A stretch of 64,000 nt of DNA from Lama guanicoe (taxonomy: Eukaryota), in assembly GCA_013239625.1 (NCBI GenBank), contig MU054117.1:3648677-3712676 (forward strand). Reading direction: 5' to 3'. Positions 51,271 through 64,000 of the stretch are shown piece by piece. The position numbers were made by a program, and so were the translations under genes. How positions within the stretch are numbered: position 1 is the stretch's first letter; each line of letters starts with the position of its first letter. Under the pieces are notes generated by a model. It had not been told where the DNA came from. It made no database searches and was given only the letters and a program-made list of their open reading frames with translations.

Positions 51271-52199
51271 TTTGTGGGCGTGGGCGTGACCACTAGAGCC
51301 CGCACCTTCCTTAGCCTCTTGTCTGTGTTCCCCTGTTCACCTGGCCAGGCTGAGTGTCTGGAATCTGAGTGGTGACCATTAGAAGGAGCTGTCCCTTCCC
51401 TCTGCAGGTCTGAAGTTCAGACGGGCGCCAGACAGAGTTCTCAGCACAGAGGACCTGGCCCTTCCCAGGCTGCCCCGAGGCCGGGGGCGAGGGAGGGCTG
51501 CTGTCCGCGTGCTGGTGGGCCGCCCTCTCTGTGAGCACCGTCGGGGGCCTGCTGGCATCGCGTGTGGTGGCGGCGTCCTGTTCTCCCTTGCTTGCACCCT
51601 CAGCACGGTGTCTTCGTGGTCTGGGGCCCCATCGCTCAGAACTGTACTGGCTGAAAAGGAAATACACAGGAGAGCCTTCGAAGGAGGCGGCAATGCATCT
51701 GACTGTGAACATTGCCTGGAAACAGATGATTTGTCACGTCCTCTGCTTCTAGGCAAGAGCCCACTTCGGTGTCGCAGACAGTGTGTCACTGCTCTTAGTG
51801 GTCTGTGCGGGGATGACTTAACCAGTGCCTCGTGGGGAGGCAGCTCTTTATACCAAGCCTGAAACTAGGAGGAGGCAGACGGAGAGGGACTCCTTACTGA
51901 AGAATTCTAGGGAAATGGTGGATGGTGCCTGCTTCCTGTGGGACCGCGGCCGAGACCAGAGGTGTGTCACCCAGGCCAAGGGAGCCTACAGGCTGATCAA
52001 GGTCAAGGACTAGTCTGGAGGCCTTTTCTGGAAGTCCCTTCATTTTGCAGATGGAGAAACTGGGGACCCCAGGCAGTGTTCACCCTGAGGACCCCAGGTC
52101 AGAGGCCAGGTCGGAATGCTTAGCAATGCCCCTTCTGTTCTCCTGAGAGGGGCGTGACCAACCGTCCGAGGCTCTCCACCCGGGCTGCCGTGGGAGCCT

Positions 52200-52315
52200 T
52201 GGACACATGCCCCTCCCAGAGGTTCTGAGCCAGGTGGTCCGCGGTGGAGCCTCAGTTTCTGTTTTGGAGCTTCATGGGCAATTTTAATGTGTGTCCAGGG
52301 CTGAGCACCACTGGC
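52200..52315 (+). mobile_element. MER5B-like fragment
   Basis: CCCAGAGGTTCTGAG..GGTCCG.GGTGGAGCC..AATTTTAATGTGTGTCCAGGGCTGAGCACCACTG. Confidence 0.6.
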
Positions 52316-54699
52316 CTGGGCGCAGACTGAAGGGCCAGAGGGTGAGGCCAGCAGGCCGTGGGCATCTGCTGTGGGCACGGTGGGGGCTAGGGCTTTCAGT
52401 GCGTCTTGGGGATGCATGGACACATGAGACCCAGTTCCTGCCTTCAAGGAGCTTGAAGTGTATGATTTATTTGGGAGGGTGACAAGGTCAAGGTGAAAAC
52501 ATGAGAGCCGGGTGGTGGCTAAATCACTAGTGTTATTGCCTGTTTATCCCTGATGGAGCACAGAGCACCACCCAGGACGCCACGCAGAGGGAAAGCCCCC
52601 GATGCAGGAGACATAAGATCCAGCAGGAGCCCAAACGCAGCAGCAGTGCCCGATGCGAGGTCTTCACGCTGCTCTTCTCCCCTCCCAGGATGCTCCTGAG
52701 CTTGGCCTTGGAAGGACTGGCTCTTTGCCATCCAGATCTCGACGCCAATGTCACCTTCTCAGGACGGCTTTCCAGCGTCACCCCCTCCCCCGCACCCCCT
52801 CTTGAGCACGTCGCACTGGTTGGCTCTCTTCTAGGACGTGTTTCTGACCAGAGTCTTATGTCTCTGCTTCCTTGTTGGCCTCTCTTCCCACTGGAACAGA
52901 AGCTCGGTGCGAACCGGGACCCGGTCTTTTTCGTTCTCCGCTGTGTTCCAGCACCCAGGGCGGAAGCTGGCACAGAGTAGGTGCTTCCTAACACCTGCTG
53001 AGTGAGTTGTCATGGAGGGAGCTGGCGGTGAAGTCGGCTTAAGAGCTGGCTCTTCGCGGGTGGGTAAGACTCTGAAGGGAAGAAATCGTGGGGCACGGGA
53101 ACCTACCCAGGGCGTGCGCGTGCACATGCGTGGGGACAGGTGGGGAGCTAAGGAGTAAGTCAGACTGGCGGATACAAAAGGGTGCACTCGAGCGGATCTG
53201 AGCTTATTCCTGGAGCTGTGGCTGCCCGGCCACAGTGGATGGGGGGCCCGTGGATGGGGGCCCATGGAAGGTAAGCGAGGAGGGCAGCCGCCTGGTAACT
53301 TGTCAGCAACATTCGGATGTTTTAGGTCAAGAGAGCATCCAGGGACCCAGCATCACACAGTGACGAAGTGAGGAAGGAAGTCTTTGCCCCTCTGTCCCCG
53401 AGGGCCAGGTGGCCTAAAGCAGGGTCAGGGCCTTCTTCTCTGGAGCCGGCTTTCCCCTGCACGATGTTCACTGTCTTGCTCGGGAGGAGTCCCCGCCTGG
53501 GGGGAGGGGTGGCGAGGCAGTGGGGAGGGGCAGGAGGCCCGGTGGCCTGGCTGGCCCTGCACCCTCCCTGCTGTCACTGAGTGACTCAGATCCCCTCCTG
53601 GCACCAGCCGGCTCCGGCAGTGCAAGCTGTTCCATTGGCTCCTGAGACGGGGCTGCCTCTTCACTGCTCCCCTAGGACGGAGGCCAGGGTGGAGGGGAGC
53701 TGGTGTGTGTTTCCACCCCCTCCCCTTCTCCCAGCATAGGAGTGGGAGAGGAGGAAGTGGGGGCGGGGGTTCTGGGCTCTGGGTGCCCTCCCTGCCGTGC
53801 CTCCCAGCTGCCCTCGGTCTTGCTTAGCACAGCAGGATCCCAGGCACGCATCCCGCGGAGGACCAGGTGATGCAGAACCTGCACAGAAGGCTTTCCTGAA
53901 AAGTTACCGTCAAAAACTGGGTCAGGTGGACAAATGCTGATGGAACAGTAACTACCTGTGAATAATGATGCGGCCGAAGCCCGTGCGGCACAGACGTTCA
54001 TACAGCACTTCATAGCTTGCAAAACATCCTCCTTGTCCCCGTCAACACGATCACCCTGGGAGCAGAAGGTGTTCCTACTTTCTTTCCCATCTGAAGCCCA
54101 GAGAGACGAAGTCACTTGAGGAAGGTCACACAGATGCTGAAAGGCAGCGGAATTGCTTCTGCTGCTGTTGGCCTCACCGTCAACATTTCATGGAAAGCTA
54201 GGCTCATTGTCCCTCGCCCCTCCACCCGCATGCATTTCATGTCCTATTTCTGATCCTCACATTCATGCTCTGGGTCCCGGGGATCAGTAGCTGCATCAGA
54301 CCAATTCCGAGGGGTGATCACACCTGTCGGCCTGCAGAGACGTGGCCTCGCCAGGAGGTCAGTGGAGACCATAAAGACCGCAGCCGGACTTGGCCCTCTG
54401 CAGCGGGGCCTCGTGATCGAATGTCCTAGAGTTTCACCACCTGAGTTAATTTACGCCTCTTTTGCGGGGCTGGGCGGCCCATCACGTGACATGACCCTTC
54501 ATTTCTTCAAGAAAAACAGCAGACCCCGCTCCAATCTCAGAGCACCAGTACACTCTCCCTTTCCTAACTTCATCACTGGTGATATTTCTTGAGGGGAGGG
54601 GGATTCCAAGTATTTTTACATTTTCACATTTTGTAATTTTTTTTTCCAAAACCACATTTTTGACATCTGTGTGTATGACTCCAGGGCAGCCAGTAAAAG

Positions 54700-55070
54700 G
54701 CAACTGAGTTCATTCAATTCATGAATATTCATTGAAATTGACCACAAGCCTGGCACCGCTGGTGCGCTGGGACTTCAAAGATAACAAAGTCCAGTGCTTG
54801 ACCACGGTCCGGTGGGGGAGACAGGTGCGTAAATGACGGAGCAGGCAGCAAGGTGACGAATGTCATCAAGGGGGACTCAACAACGGGCTCTTCTGCAAGG
54901 ATGACCACCAGGGAAGGGCGCCTGGGGAGGGAATGTTTCCCCCGACCTTGAAAGAGTGCAGAACCTCCCCAGTTGGAGAAGGGAGGGAAGTTGTTCCAGG
55001 CAAAAGGAGCCACGCAGATAAAAGCAAGGATGTGTGGGAAGGCAAGGTGTGTTCATGAAGGACGCAGAAG
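54700..55070 (-). mobile_element. L2 3'-end fragment
   Basis: TTCATTCAATTCATGAATATTCATTGA..GCCTGGCAC..CAGGGAAGG..CCTGGGGAGG..GACCTTGAAAG..TGTTCCAGGCA. Confidence 0.75.
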
Positions 55071-55715
55071 AGCCGAGGCCGTCACCCCTGGCTGCAGCGG
55101 CCACGCAGTGCCCACCTCCAGGGCTGACATGAGTGGACTCCTGCAACGTGGCGCCAGACAGAGGGCACGTGGGGCAGGGCGTGTGGCCAGCTATCATGGC
55201 AGAGTTCACGTGCATCTCCTCTGTTGCCTCGGCCATCAGTGAAGAGTTGCCCAGGAAACGCTGATGGAGCATCTTTGGAGGACTTGGGATTTGACCATGT
55301 CTCTGCCGTTCTTGTCTGTCCCACAAGCAGGGGCTCCCGGAGACTGTCTCTAACAACACTCAGCTGTCCAGACTAGCAGCGGGCCAGCACCCCTCAGACC
55401 CGGGGCACGGCAGTACCTCACGCTTCAGGGACAGATGGAGGTTAGTCGGTGGACTGGACCCCGTTGCCTAGCACCGCAGATGTCTGAGAGCAGCAGGGAA
55501 CGGCAGTGATGATCTGCTTCAACACCCTCACTGTATAAACGAGGAACTGAGGACCAGAGAGGGAAGTGACTTCTGAATCGCACAGCATAGTACTTTCAGA
55601 GCCTGGACTGGGAGATAGGTCTCCTGCCTTGACTCTCAGTGGTCTTTCCACCTAGTATCTGAAGAATCGCGGTTAAGTGGAGGATGGAGCCTGGACCAGT
55701 TAGAATAAGTAATCC

Positions 55716-55860
55716 TGTTACTGAGTCCAAGCCCATACTCTTTGCCACACAACAGGCCGATAAATTGAGAGGTGAGTTGTTGGGGCAAGGAATGGTGACT
55801 TGACTTGGAAAGCCAGCAGACCAAGAAGATGGTGGACTGGTGTCCCAAAGAGCCATCTTC
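55716..55860 (-). mobile_element. ERV1 LTR 3' fragment (MER41-like family seen in artiodactyls)
   Basis: TGTTACTGAGTCCAAGC..CAGGCCGATAAATTGAGAG..GTTGGGGCAAGGAAT..GGAAAGCCAGCAGACC.AGAAGATGG..GTGTCCCAAAGA.CCATCTT. Ends in ..TAACA on the minus strand. Confidence 0.7.
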
Positions 55861-56994
55861 CCCGGGGCAAAGCCACCCAACCAAGGTGCTGAGCTAGTGT
55901 GTGATAGGGCTGGTCTGAACCTGTGTCTGGGGATGCTAGCGGCAAGACACTCCCGGTCTGTCACAAACACAAATAATGCAAATAGAAGCCAGAACCACAA
56001 AGAGGGCGACGCCAGCTCCAACGGAAGGAGAAGGAGAGGTTAGTTAATTCTCACTGGGGAGCCTAGGGAGCTGACCTAGATGAGTTTGAATCTGAGCTGG
56101 TCCTCAGGACCTGGGCGGGGCTTCCAAAGGCGCTTACATGGGAGGAAGTTACTGGGAGGAAATCGGGTGGGAGAACGTGGTAGAGCCCACCTGAGTGGCA
56201 GAGGGGGCAGTGCATGGACTTTTTCCCGTTTCTCTTTCCAGCTCGCTCAGCAAGGCTTATTACAAATATGATTATAAAGAGAATCACATTATTGTAAAGA
56301 GCAGGGTTTTCCCCACCCATTTTGCAGATGGGGATCACTGAGGCTCTGCTCAGATGGCTATGGCACATTGAAAGCTTCTGGCCCTTAGCTCAGGGACGCT
56401 GGGAGCCTTCGGGGAACTATGTCTGCAGGGCTGGGCAACCTTGGAGCAGCCTGGCCCTTTAGCCTCGGGGAGTGTGGGAAGGCAGCAGCTCCAAGGAGGG
56501 TACGCAGGTCACCATCCAGCTGCTCGCCTGCCATCCATCCTCCATTCTGCCCTGAGCTCTGGGCTTCCCAGCATCACAAAACTGGGTCTGTGTATTGTAA
56601 TCTCTGGCACAGCATGAGCCATTGTTCCTGGAGATTTCCAGGCCTTTCCTCTGGAAGCAGAGGCCCGGGACCAAATGTGGGGAGACAAGGGCCACCCACT
56701 CACTGGGCTCAGCTGACCTTCGTTCCCTGCCTGCTCTGTGCCTGGGGCCAGCACGTACTGCTACCCCCACGGTTACAGGCCTCAGGTTTCTTCTCTGCAA
56801 ACAATCAGAATGAGCAGGAAAACAGGCAGTGACTCACTGTCATTAAGCAAATGAAGTGTTGTTGCAGGAGTGATGCATTGGGGATAAGCGAGCCCAATTC
56901 AGCTGCAGTTCTAGTAGGAGGGCTGGAGGGCTGGCAGGACAAAGCTCTCCCGGCCGCTGGGACGGTGTGGCTGTTGGAAGTGGGTGCCGAGGGT

Positions 56995-57204
56995 GCGCGG
57001 CATCTTCCTCTGTAGAGCCCTAGGATTAGGACGGATGTGTAGGATTACAGGGCGAGGGGGCAGGGAAGCCTGAAGGGCTCGTGCGCTGGGATCTGGAGCG
57101 CGCGGCATCTTCCTCTGTAGAGCCCTAGGATTAGGACGGATGTGTAGGATTACAGGGCGAGGGGGCAGGGAAGCCTGAAGGGCTCATGCGCTGGGATCTG
57201 GAGC
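56995..57204. repeat. Recent tandem duplication, 2 x 105 bp
   Basis: 56995-57099 equals 57100-57204 except G57081/A57186. Confidence 0.98.
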
Positions 57205-57261
57205 CCTGGGGAGAGCATTCTCTGTTTCTAGGGAGGCAGCGCCCCCTCAGATTTTACTGTG

Positions 57262-57392
57262 TCCCAGATCACCTGGGGATCTCGTTAAAATGCAGGCTGG
57301 GATCTGGGTGTTCTGGGTGGCGCCCCAAAATCTGCATTTCTAATCACCTGGAGATGCTGCTGCAGCTTCTGCTGCAGGGCTGAGGACCACGC
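57262..57392 (+). mobile_element. MER5A
   Basis: ATCACCTGGGGATCTCGTTAAAATGCAG..ATCTGCATTTCTAA..GATGCTG..GGACCAC. Confidence 0.75.
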
Positions 57393-57711
57393 GTCCGGAG
57401 CAAAGAAGCGGGGAGCGAGGCAGTCCGGTCCCTCCAAAGGCAGTGGGTTCGAGACTCAGGTGTGACTTTTCAAAACTGATTTTGTTTTTTAAAAGTCCCA
57501 GGGTCAGTGGTGCAGGTTGGCGAGTGTGTGCACAGGCCGCTGTGCATACTCTGGGGGCACAGAATGGGTGTGTAAGACTGCATGTCATCAAAGGAGTTTG
57601 ATTGCCAGGCTGTAGGTAAGTGCTCTGGGGGTTAGTCTTGTTTTGTGTGTCTCAGCCTCCATTAGAGGCGAAGATACCGGCTTTATATAAATACCTCGCT
57701 TTTTCGTTCAC

Positions 57712-57990
57712 CTATTTTTACTTATCTACTGCCCTTTTCCCAAAAAAGAATTTGAGATAGTCCATCACTAAGGATGGAGATGATCTAGATAAAGATATAA
57801 ATATAGATAAAATAAGCTTACCAAAGCAGAAATGCATTTGTGCATCAGGATTAAAAATCATGTTAATTCTGTAGGCTAATCGAACTGTGATGTGTCTCTG
57901 AGCTTCTTGCCAGCCAAGGTAAAAAGGGAAAGAAGATAAAATCACAGAACAGCATTTTCACTTGTGACAAAGTGGACAGTTTCCTCAACC
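57712..57990 (-). mobile_element. L4/RTE-X-like remnant
   Basis: TTTTCCCAAAAAAGAATTTGAG..GCTTCTTGCCAGCCAAGGTAAAAAGGGAAA. Confidence 0.4.
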
Positions 57991-58391
57991 ACAATTGTAG
58001 AACAAAGGCAGAAGTGGTTTTCACAACAAATCTTAATGAAAACTGAGGGCATAGTATTCACCTGCATTCAGTGAAGACAGCTCTGCAAAGCCCTGCAGGG
58101 CCAGTGCTCCCAGGGTGTAGCCTGACAGGGGATAGGACTTAGAATGCCCAACAGAGTGGGTGTGTCACCACGTTCTCTTCCCTAAATGCGATTTCTCTGG
58201 CTGGGCTTTTGACAAGGAGTTGTTTACAGATACTTTGAGGTGTTACTTCTTTCTGAGCACCTGGAGGCTGGTCTTCTATATCATAGGTAGATAGAGAACT
58301 TATATAAAATTGTCCATCCCTGTTCCTGGCATCAAGTGGGAACTCTGTGTTCATATCTTTGCTTATTTGTTTATCTTTTTCGTTTGTTCTA

Positions 58392-58530
58392 CCATCCATC
58401 CATCCACCCAACCATCTATCCATCCATCTGTCCAATCATCTATCCAGTCATCCATCCGTCCATGTATCCATCCGTCCATCCATCCATCTATCCATCCAGT
58501 CATCTATCTATCCATCCATGCGTCCAATCA
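58392..58530. repeat. (ATCC)n degenerate microsatellite
   Basis: CCAT/CTAT/CCGT units. Confidence 0.95.
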
Positions 58531-59974
58531 TCTGTTCCTGCCCTAATTTTGGAAAACAGAGTAGGGAGCTGTGGTGGTAGACATGTGACATATTTGATGA
58601 TGTGTCTGTGAGATGGAGGCTGCCATCCTCCATCTCCCATAAATCCTTGGTCCTCACCTGAGTTGTAAAGTCCTGTGGGACAGAGTGGAGTTGAACCGGC
58701 CTGGTTGTTTATTGGGGGAGCTGTTGGTGATGTATGAACAGGCCAAGCTGTGGGAGAGAAATCTGAAAGGACACCCACGGAGTGCCCACCTGGTGAGATG
58801 AGAGCTGTGCTGCAGGAAAGGCCTCACGTGTCCCTTTCATACAAGGAAAATAGCCCACTGCCGACTCCATTCTCAGCTGTGTATTTGTGCTGGAGGCCAT
58901 GCTTGTTTGCACAACCAGTTCTATGGGTACAAGTCGACTTTTTTCCTTTTCAGCACTATGCTATTCAGTTGCCAAGAAACACATCAATTGCTTAATGTTT
59001 TATCTAATCCATCCTGCCGATGCTCTTGTAATACGATCCATTTCTTTGTTCTTGGTTAAACCAATCGTGTGACCAGATAATGTCTGAAATTCTGCTCTTA
59101 ACATCTCCAACCTCCTTCTCCTGGGCAGGTGCACACACATCCATGAACACATACTCAGGTGCACGCACAGGTGTGTACACGTTTGAGGACCCGAAGCTTC
59201 AGAAAGATAGAAAACAGCTCACAGCGGGCATGGGCATTCTCGGACGCCCTGAAACCCCCTGTGACACCCCGCGGAGCTGGCCAGGCTGAGGAGCTGGCTT
59301 TGAGTCCTTGAGGAGCTGCGCGATTCCGGCTAATGAACTTCCCTAGTTTTCTGAAAGTTAACCAGAACATCTTTTTTCTCAGTTTCCCAGGCTACTGAAA
59401 ATTTCCTCTGATGCCGTAACCCCTCTTCTCACCTTAGCGAGCGTCATGGATAGCTGAACCCGCCTTTGGATGACTGAGGCTCACGATAGCTGAGGACGGA
59501 GGCTCATTAAGGTGTGAAAGAGCTGGATTTTGAAATGAGATGAACCCGGAGTTAGATTGTGGCTCTGAATGCCACGTACAGGCCGTGGGACTGTAGACAA
59601 CCTGACAACTTTTACCAACCTTGGTTTTATTCACTGGCCTGCAGACGCAGAGAGGGTCACAGTCACCTGCTGGGGCCAGTGTGAGAGTCAGAAGCCACGT
59701 AGGTACATTGCCGGGACTCAGCCTTCTGTGTGGGGGAGCAACTGTCGCCTGGCTTTTCTCGTTCCAGAGGGCACAGGAGGGGCAGATAGTTGTAAAAGGT
59801 CCAGGAAATTGAAATTGAGGCCAAAGTGGCCTGTCCTCAGGACAGCCTTCTGAGATGCTGAATTCTCACGGCAAAACGGACGATCTCAGTATTTAGAAAA
59901 CTGGGGTGTAGTGGGAAAGACCCACGTCTGGCGTGTCTATCTGGTTTCTCTCTGAAGAGCTGCTGGTGTCAGTG

Positions 59975-60680
59975 GGGGACGCAGGTGGCCCGAGCCCCCC
60001 GGGGTAAGGGCGTCTCCGGCCGTCACCGGGCTCGGCTGGCCGGCGAGAGAGGCAGGAGCGGCAGGGCGGGGGGCCTTGGCCCCGGCCCCACCGGGCGGTG
60101 ACGGCGGGCGGGGGCAGATCCGGCCCTCCCGCACCAAAGCCCGCGGCTGCCGCCTGCTCCCCGGGCCACGGGGTCCCCGCCCTTCACTCAGTGTGATGGG
60201 GCTGCTGGCGTCTGGAAGATGCCCTGTTGTCGTGCAGAGAGAGACTTGAAGCAGCAAACAAACAAACAAAAATGCTCCTCGGGCACCTGGGGTCTCTAGG
60301 AGCTTTTAAGGCAAAGGGCATTTTGGTGAGTTACCAGCAAAACTTAAACACGGGTTCGTGGCCTCAGAGACACCTGGGTGCAAACCGAGGGGGCGGCGCG
60401 GGCAGCACGTGCCACTGCGAAGCTGCCTGCATTGTCAGCTCCGCTGGTTCAAGACTCGCGAGGGGAAGCCCCAGGTGACGGCGGCAAGAGGGACGGGGCC
60501 CCCAAGGACGCCGCCCGCCGCGTCGCTCAGATCAGAGCTGTGTTCGGCAGCTCTGACTGTGCCGAGCCACAGGGGACGGCCAAGACCTCGGAGCCCGCTC
60601 GGCAATAACGAGCGGAGGCCACTTAAACGGCTCTCCTCCCATTCTCCCGCTCCGAACCCCGTGGAAGCATCCCCGACATC
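59975..60680. promoter_or_regulatory. Small intergenic CpG-rich island
   Basis: Dense CpG and several GGGCGG/CCGCCC boxes, densest at 59990-60182 and 60385-60662. No associated credible ORF. Confidence 0.55.
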
Positions 60681-63600
60681 TTCAGCTGATAAGGTGTAGG
60701 AGGGACAAAACTTAGGCGACGGAGAACAAAGAAACCCCCAGCCAACTCCCGGTCTCCCAGGCCCGTGCTGTTTTCCAAGGCTGGATGTTTCAATTATTAA
60801 TTAATTAATCACAAATTAGTAAATGACAAGCAATAAGTGATAGGGCTAGACCGTGATGTCCCCTGTGTTTCTAGAAGTGCTAAGTGGCTCTCCCCACAAC
60901 AGACTCTCCATAAATGTAATGAAGTGCCTACTGCATGCCAAGCTCTCTGCCGGGCACCCTGGAGATCACGGAGAAGCCCTTGGACTGGCGGGGGACGCAG
61001 GGGCGCCGTGCAGGGACCCCTGGTCACCCCAGGCAGGAAGTGCCAGGTGTCCAGAGATGGGCCGGCCAGCAGGTCCAGGAGCCCCTGGACCAGGAAGCGA
61101 GTTGGCTGGGAGTTCGTTGGCTCCTTGTGAGTGTCATACATTGATTCCAGTGGGAGAAATTCCAGCTGGATAAGAGATGCATTCCAGCCTGGGACAGTTT
61201 TAAACTTCAAGGAGAGATTTTTAAGGGCATCAGGAGAGACCTGGGGAGGAGGAATCATTCCCCACCTGGAATTTTGATCCAAAGGGCCTGTGCTTGCAAA
61301 GGGGAAGGGCCACGATTCCCTTGTCCCAGGACGTCACCTCTGTGACATTAAATGGCTACCAGAACAGGGAGGGCGCCCCTCACAGTCACGTGCACAGTCA
61401 GAGTATCCAACGGAGGACAGATAAGCGTCCAATCAAAGCAGGACCTGGCTACCTTCTAGCTGTGTGGCTTTGGGTGGATAAATTAACCTCTCTGAGCCTC
61501 AATTTCTTCTTCTGTAAAATAGAGCTGCTCTGAGCATCATAGGGTGACGTGGGCAAGGCATCCATCACGTGCCCGGCACATAATCAGTGGTCATTCTCTT
61601 AGTGCCCCTCCCCAGTCACTCTCATCCACATAGCTGCGCCGACAGGGAGTGAATTCAGCTCACAGGCGGCCACTGCATGAGCGTGTCTTACGAGCCCAGG
61701 CTGTCTCATTACACCCTCCCAACTTTCTGTGCGACACAGATGCTATGTCACCATTTTCTAGAGGGGATTGTTGGGGCCAGAGATGAAGATGTGAAACCAG
61801 GCCCTTGAGGTCTCCCCCGGCATTCCGCCCAGCGGCTCCCAAGTCTGCTTCCTGGTTATTTGCTCCTGTTTCGACTGGTCAGACATGTCACACACGTGTG
61901 CTCGGCACCTGGCGGGGGTGGGGGGTGTGGGGACTGGTACAAAGCAAGCCCCAGGGCCCCACCCGCAGGAGGCTGTGGTCTGCTTGATAAGGAGGTGAGT
62001 TACAGCCCGTCCTCGCTGAGGGCGGGGCTGTCTTTCCAGTCCTGTTGGCATAGACCCTCCTCCTGCAGCGCCCAGCTCGGGCTCAGCTGGGTCACACGGG
62101 AGGACAGGGGACAAGGCAGGCCTGGGACCCAGCCGCCCTGCGCATCCCGGGGTGGGGTGTGCGGGCCTCAGCCGGGGCACTGCTGGAAGGCTCCTTTCCG
62201 TGGCTAACATACCAGGCAATGCGGAGTGTTTCTCTAGGTATGAAGCTTTAAGCTAAGCTACGAGGGAGGCAGAGGGATGAAGACAGTCTTGGCCCTCAGG
62301 GGGCCCCGAGCCCAGGCTGCAGAGAAACAGCCCCCAGCATGCAGCGCCTGTCGGGGGCGGCAGGGCAGAGTGGGCAGCGGGGAAGGAGGGGTCGACCTGG
62401 GGTCTCCGTGAGCTTCATGGGGCCTTAGAAAGACATGGTCGCCAGCACTGAGAACATGCCCAGGAGTCAAGGGGAGGAGGTTGCCACACTGAGAACCAAA
62501 AGGAGCCCCTTCAGTATTAAGTCCACTGTGGGTAGACAGAGGTGGGGCGAGGGGATGGCGTGGAGAAATGGCACCGTACCCCCAGAGAAGCAGAGTCAGG
62601 TGCCAGGAGGCGGGGCTCCGACCCAGACCCAGTGGAGGTTCTGGAACCTCACTGCGCGTGTGAACCACCGCCGGGCTTGTTAGAAGCAGGCCTTCGACCC
62701 AGCCAGCGGGAGTCAGGGTCGGAGGCCTGGGTGGCCCAGGCCTCCCTGGTCACAGGGTCTTCTGGCACGGTGGCCGGGGACCACACCTGAGAGCCTTTGC
62801 TCTGGACCAGAGGTGCTCCTTCTTCCTCTGTTCCTCCCCTTCACAGGACACAGAGCATCTTTCTCAGATGTCCTCTCCCTGCCCTGCTCAGGCTCCCCAC
62901 CCGGGCACAGTCTGGTGACACTTTCTGCACCCCCTGCTCCGGCCGCGGGTCACTGCCCTAGCCAGCCCGTGGACAGGGCCAGGCTGCTGAGGCGAGGGGG
63001 GACCCCTTGGAGGGTCCAGCCCCCGAACCTCTCTGTGGGGCGTGGCTCAGCTGCCTGCACCCTCGGGCCCCCGCGTCTCCACCTCCCACACTGCCCCGCC
63101 CCCAGCTCTGTTCTCCTTGCTCCCCGAGCGCTCTTGCTCTGCCTCCCCACCTCCTGGCTGCTCTCACCCCACCCAGAGCCCAGCAGCCAACCTCCAGAAC
63201 GGAGCTGGGAGGCTGTGACTAATGCGCTCGAAGGTGAGTCATCTGCTAAATATAAAATCCCCTCACTCCCTGCATGCGAAAGACACCGAGTAGCCGCGTC
63301 CCTCCCACCTGATCCATCCTGCCTCGGGGGCTGCTGAGGCCCCTGAAGTTCATCGTGAACAGCAAACAAACAAAGCCATCGTCCTTGACCTCCCCTGTGT
63401 GTCTCCGAAGCCGGTGCGTTTCCTGCTCTCGGAGCCGCTCTGGGAGAAAGGGGTCGATGAGGACGGCGGGGCCTGGCCCCCGAGGAATTATGAAGGGGCA
63501 CGATTCACCCTCGAGACTTGCCTTCTCCTCTTTCTGCCCCGTCCTCATTTAGGCGACTCCATCTTCTTGCAAAGGTAAAGATGACCCTCGGGAACACACC

Positions 63601-64000
63601 TGCATCTGGCAGGAACCCGGCGACGCGTAACCACTCGTGACCGATGAGCTGATGGAGGGGTTGGAGTCGGGCCTTGCAGGTGGACAGGTGTCTCCTTAGG
63701 GCCACACAGGCCCGTTCTGCTTGGCCTGACTGTGGTGGGTCTTTGTCATCTCTAGAACACGAGTTCTCGTAGAATACATGTGAAGTCTCACGTGGATGTT
63801 TAATACTTGACACCGACTTTGTGATTATTTCAACGAATTTTCTCAACCCCAGGAGATGAGTGTTCCATGACCCTGAGTTTACAGATGAGAAAACCTTCAG
63901 AAAGATGAAAGCGATTGTCCAAAAGCGTAAGAGCAGCAGCATTGGAACCATGACTGAAACCAGTATTTCAGACTTTCCTTCTAGGCTAAACCAGTAACCT

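Noticed and set aside
42897..51520. REST/RE1-like motifs near 42900, 46592 and 51500
   Set aside because: Each has wrong half-site spacing or mismatches in the GGACAG core. I saw no canonical RE1 in the window.
20174..57204. CRISPR-like or prokaryotic repeat systems
   Set aside because: The repeats are two-copy tandem duplications with no spacers or cas genes, and the sequence is clearly mammalian.
13300..64000. A second protein-coding gene, processed pseudogene or NUMT
   Set aside because: No ORF in the track resembles a protein I recognise apart from LINE remnants. Small exons of a spliced lncRNA cannot be excluded without RNA data.

Overview
Mammalian genomic DNA, most likely camelid, judged from three copies of a tRNA-Ala-derived, Vic-1-type SINE. 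The window holds one protein-coding gene: KCNA1 (Kv1.1 Shaker K+ channel, + strand, intronless CDS 6519-8006, 495 aa). The gene has a CpG-island promoter (~3940-7400), a non-coding first exon, a 362-nt 5'UTR intron (5664-6025) and a ~5.2-kb 3'UTR ending near ATTAAA 13219. The remaining ~50 kb is intergenic and made of old repeats (L2, L3/CR1, L4, MIR, MER5/20/63/104, MLT1, ERV LTR fragments), younger L1 3' ends and SINEs, microsatellites and two very recent tandem duplications. I found no second gene and no convincing novel coding system. The most interesting signals are: (i) RNA-level control built into KCNA1, namely the ADAR2 I400V hairpin, a second exonic hairpin just upstream, six uAUGs and a 3'UTR hairpin; (ii) several independent hints of strong AT-to-GC biased substitution (GC-biased gene conversion) acting on repeats and possibly on Kv1.1 amino acids; (iii) candidate distal enhancers. 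Repeat family names and human comparisons are from memory, repeat boundaries are approximate, and all counts are by hand.
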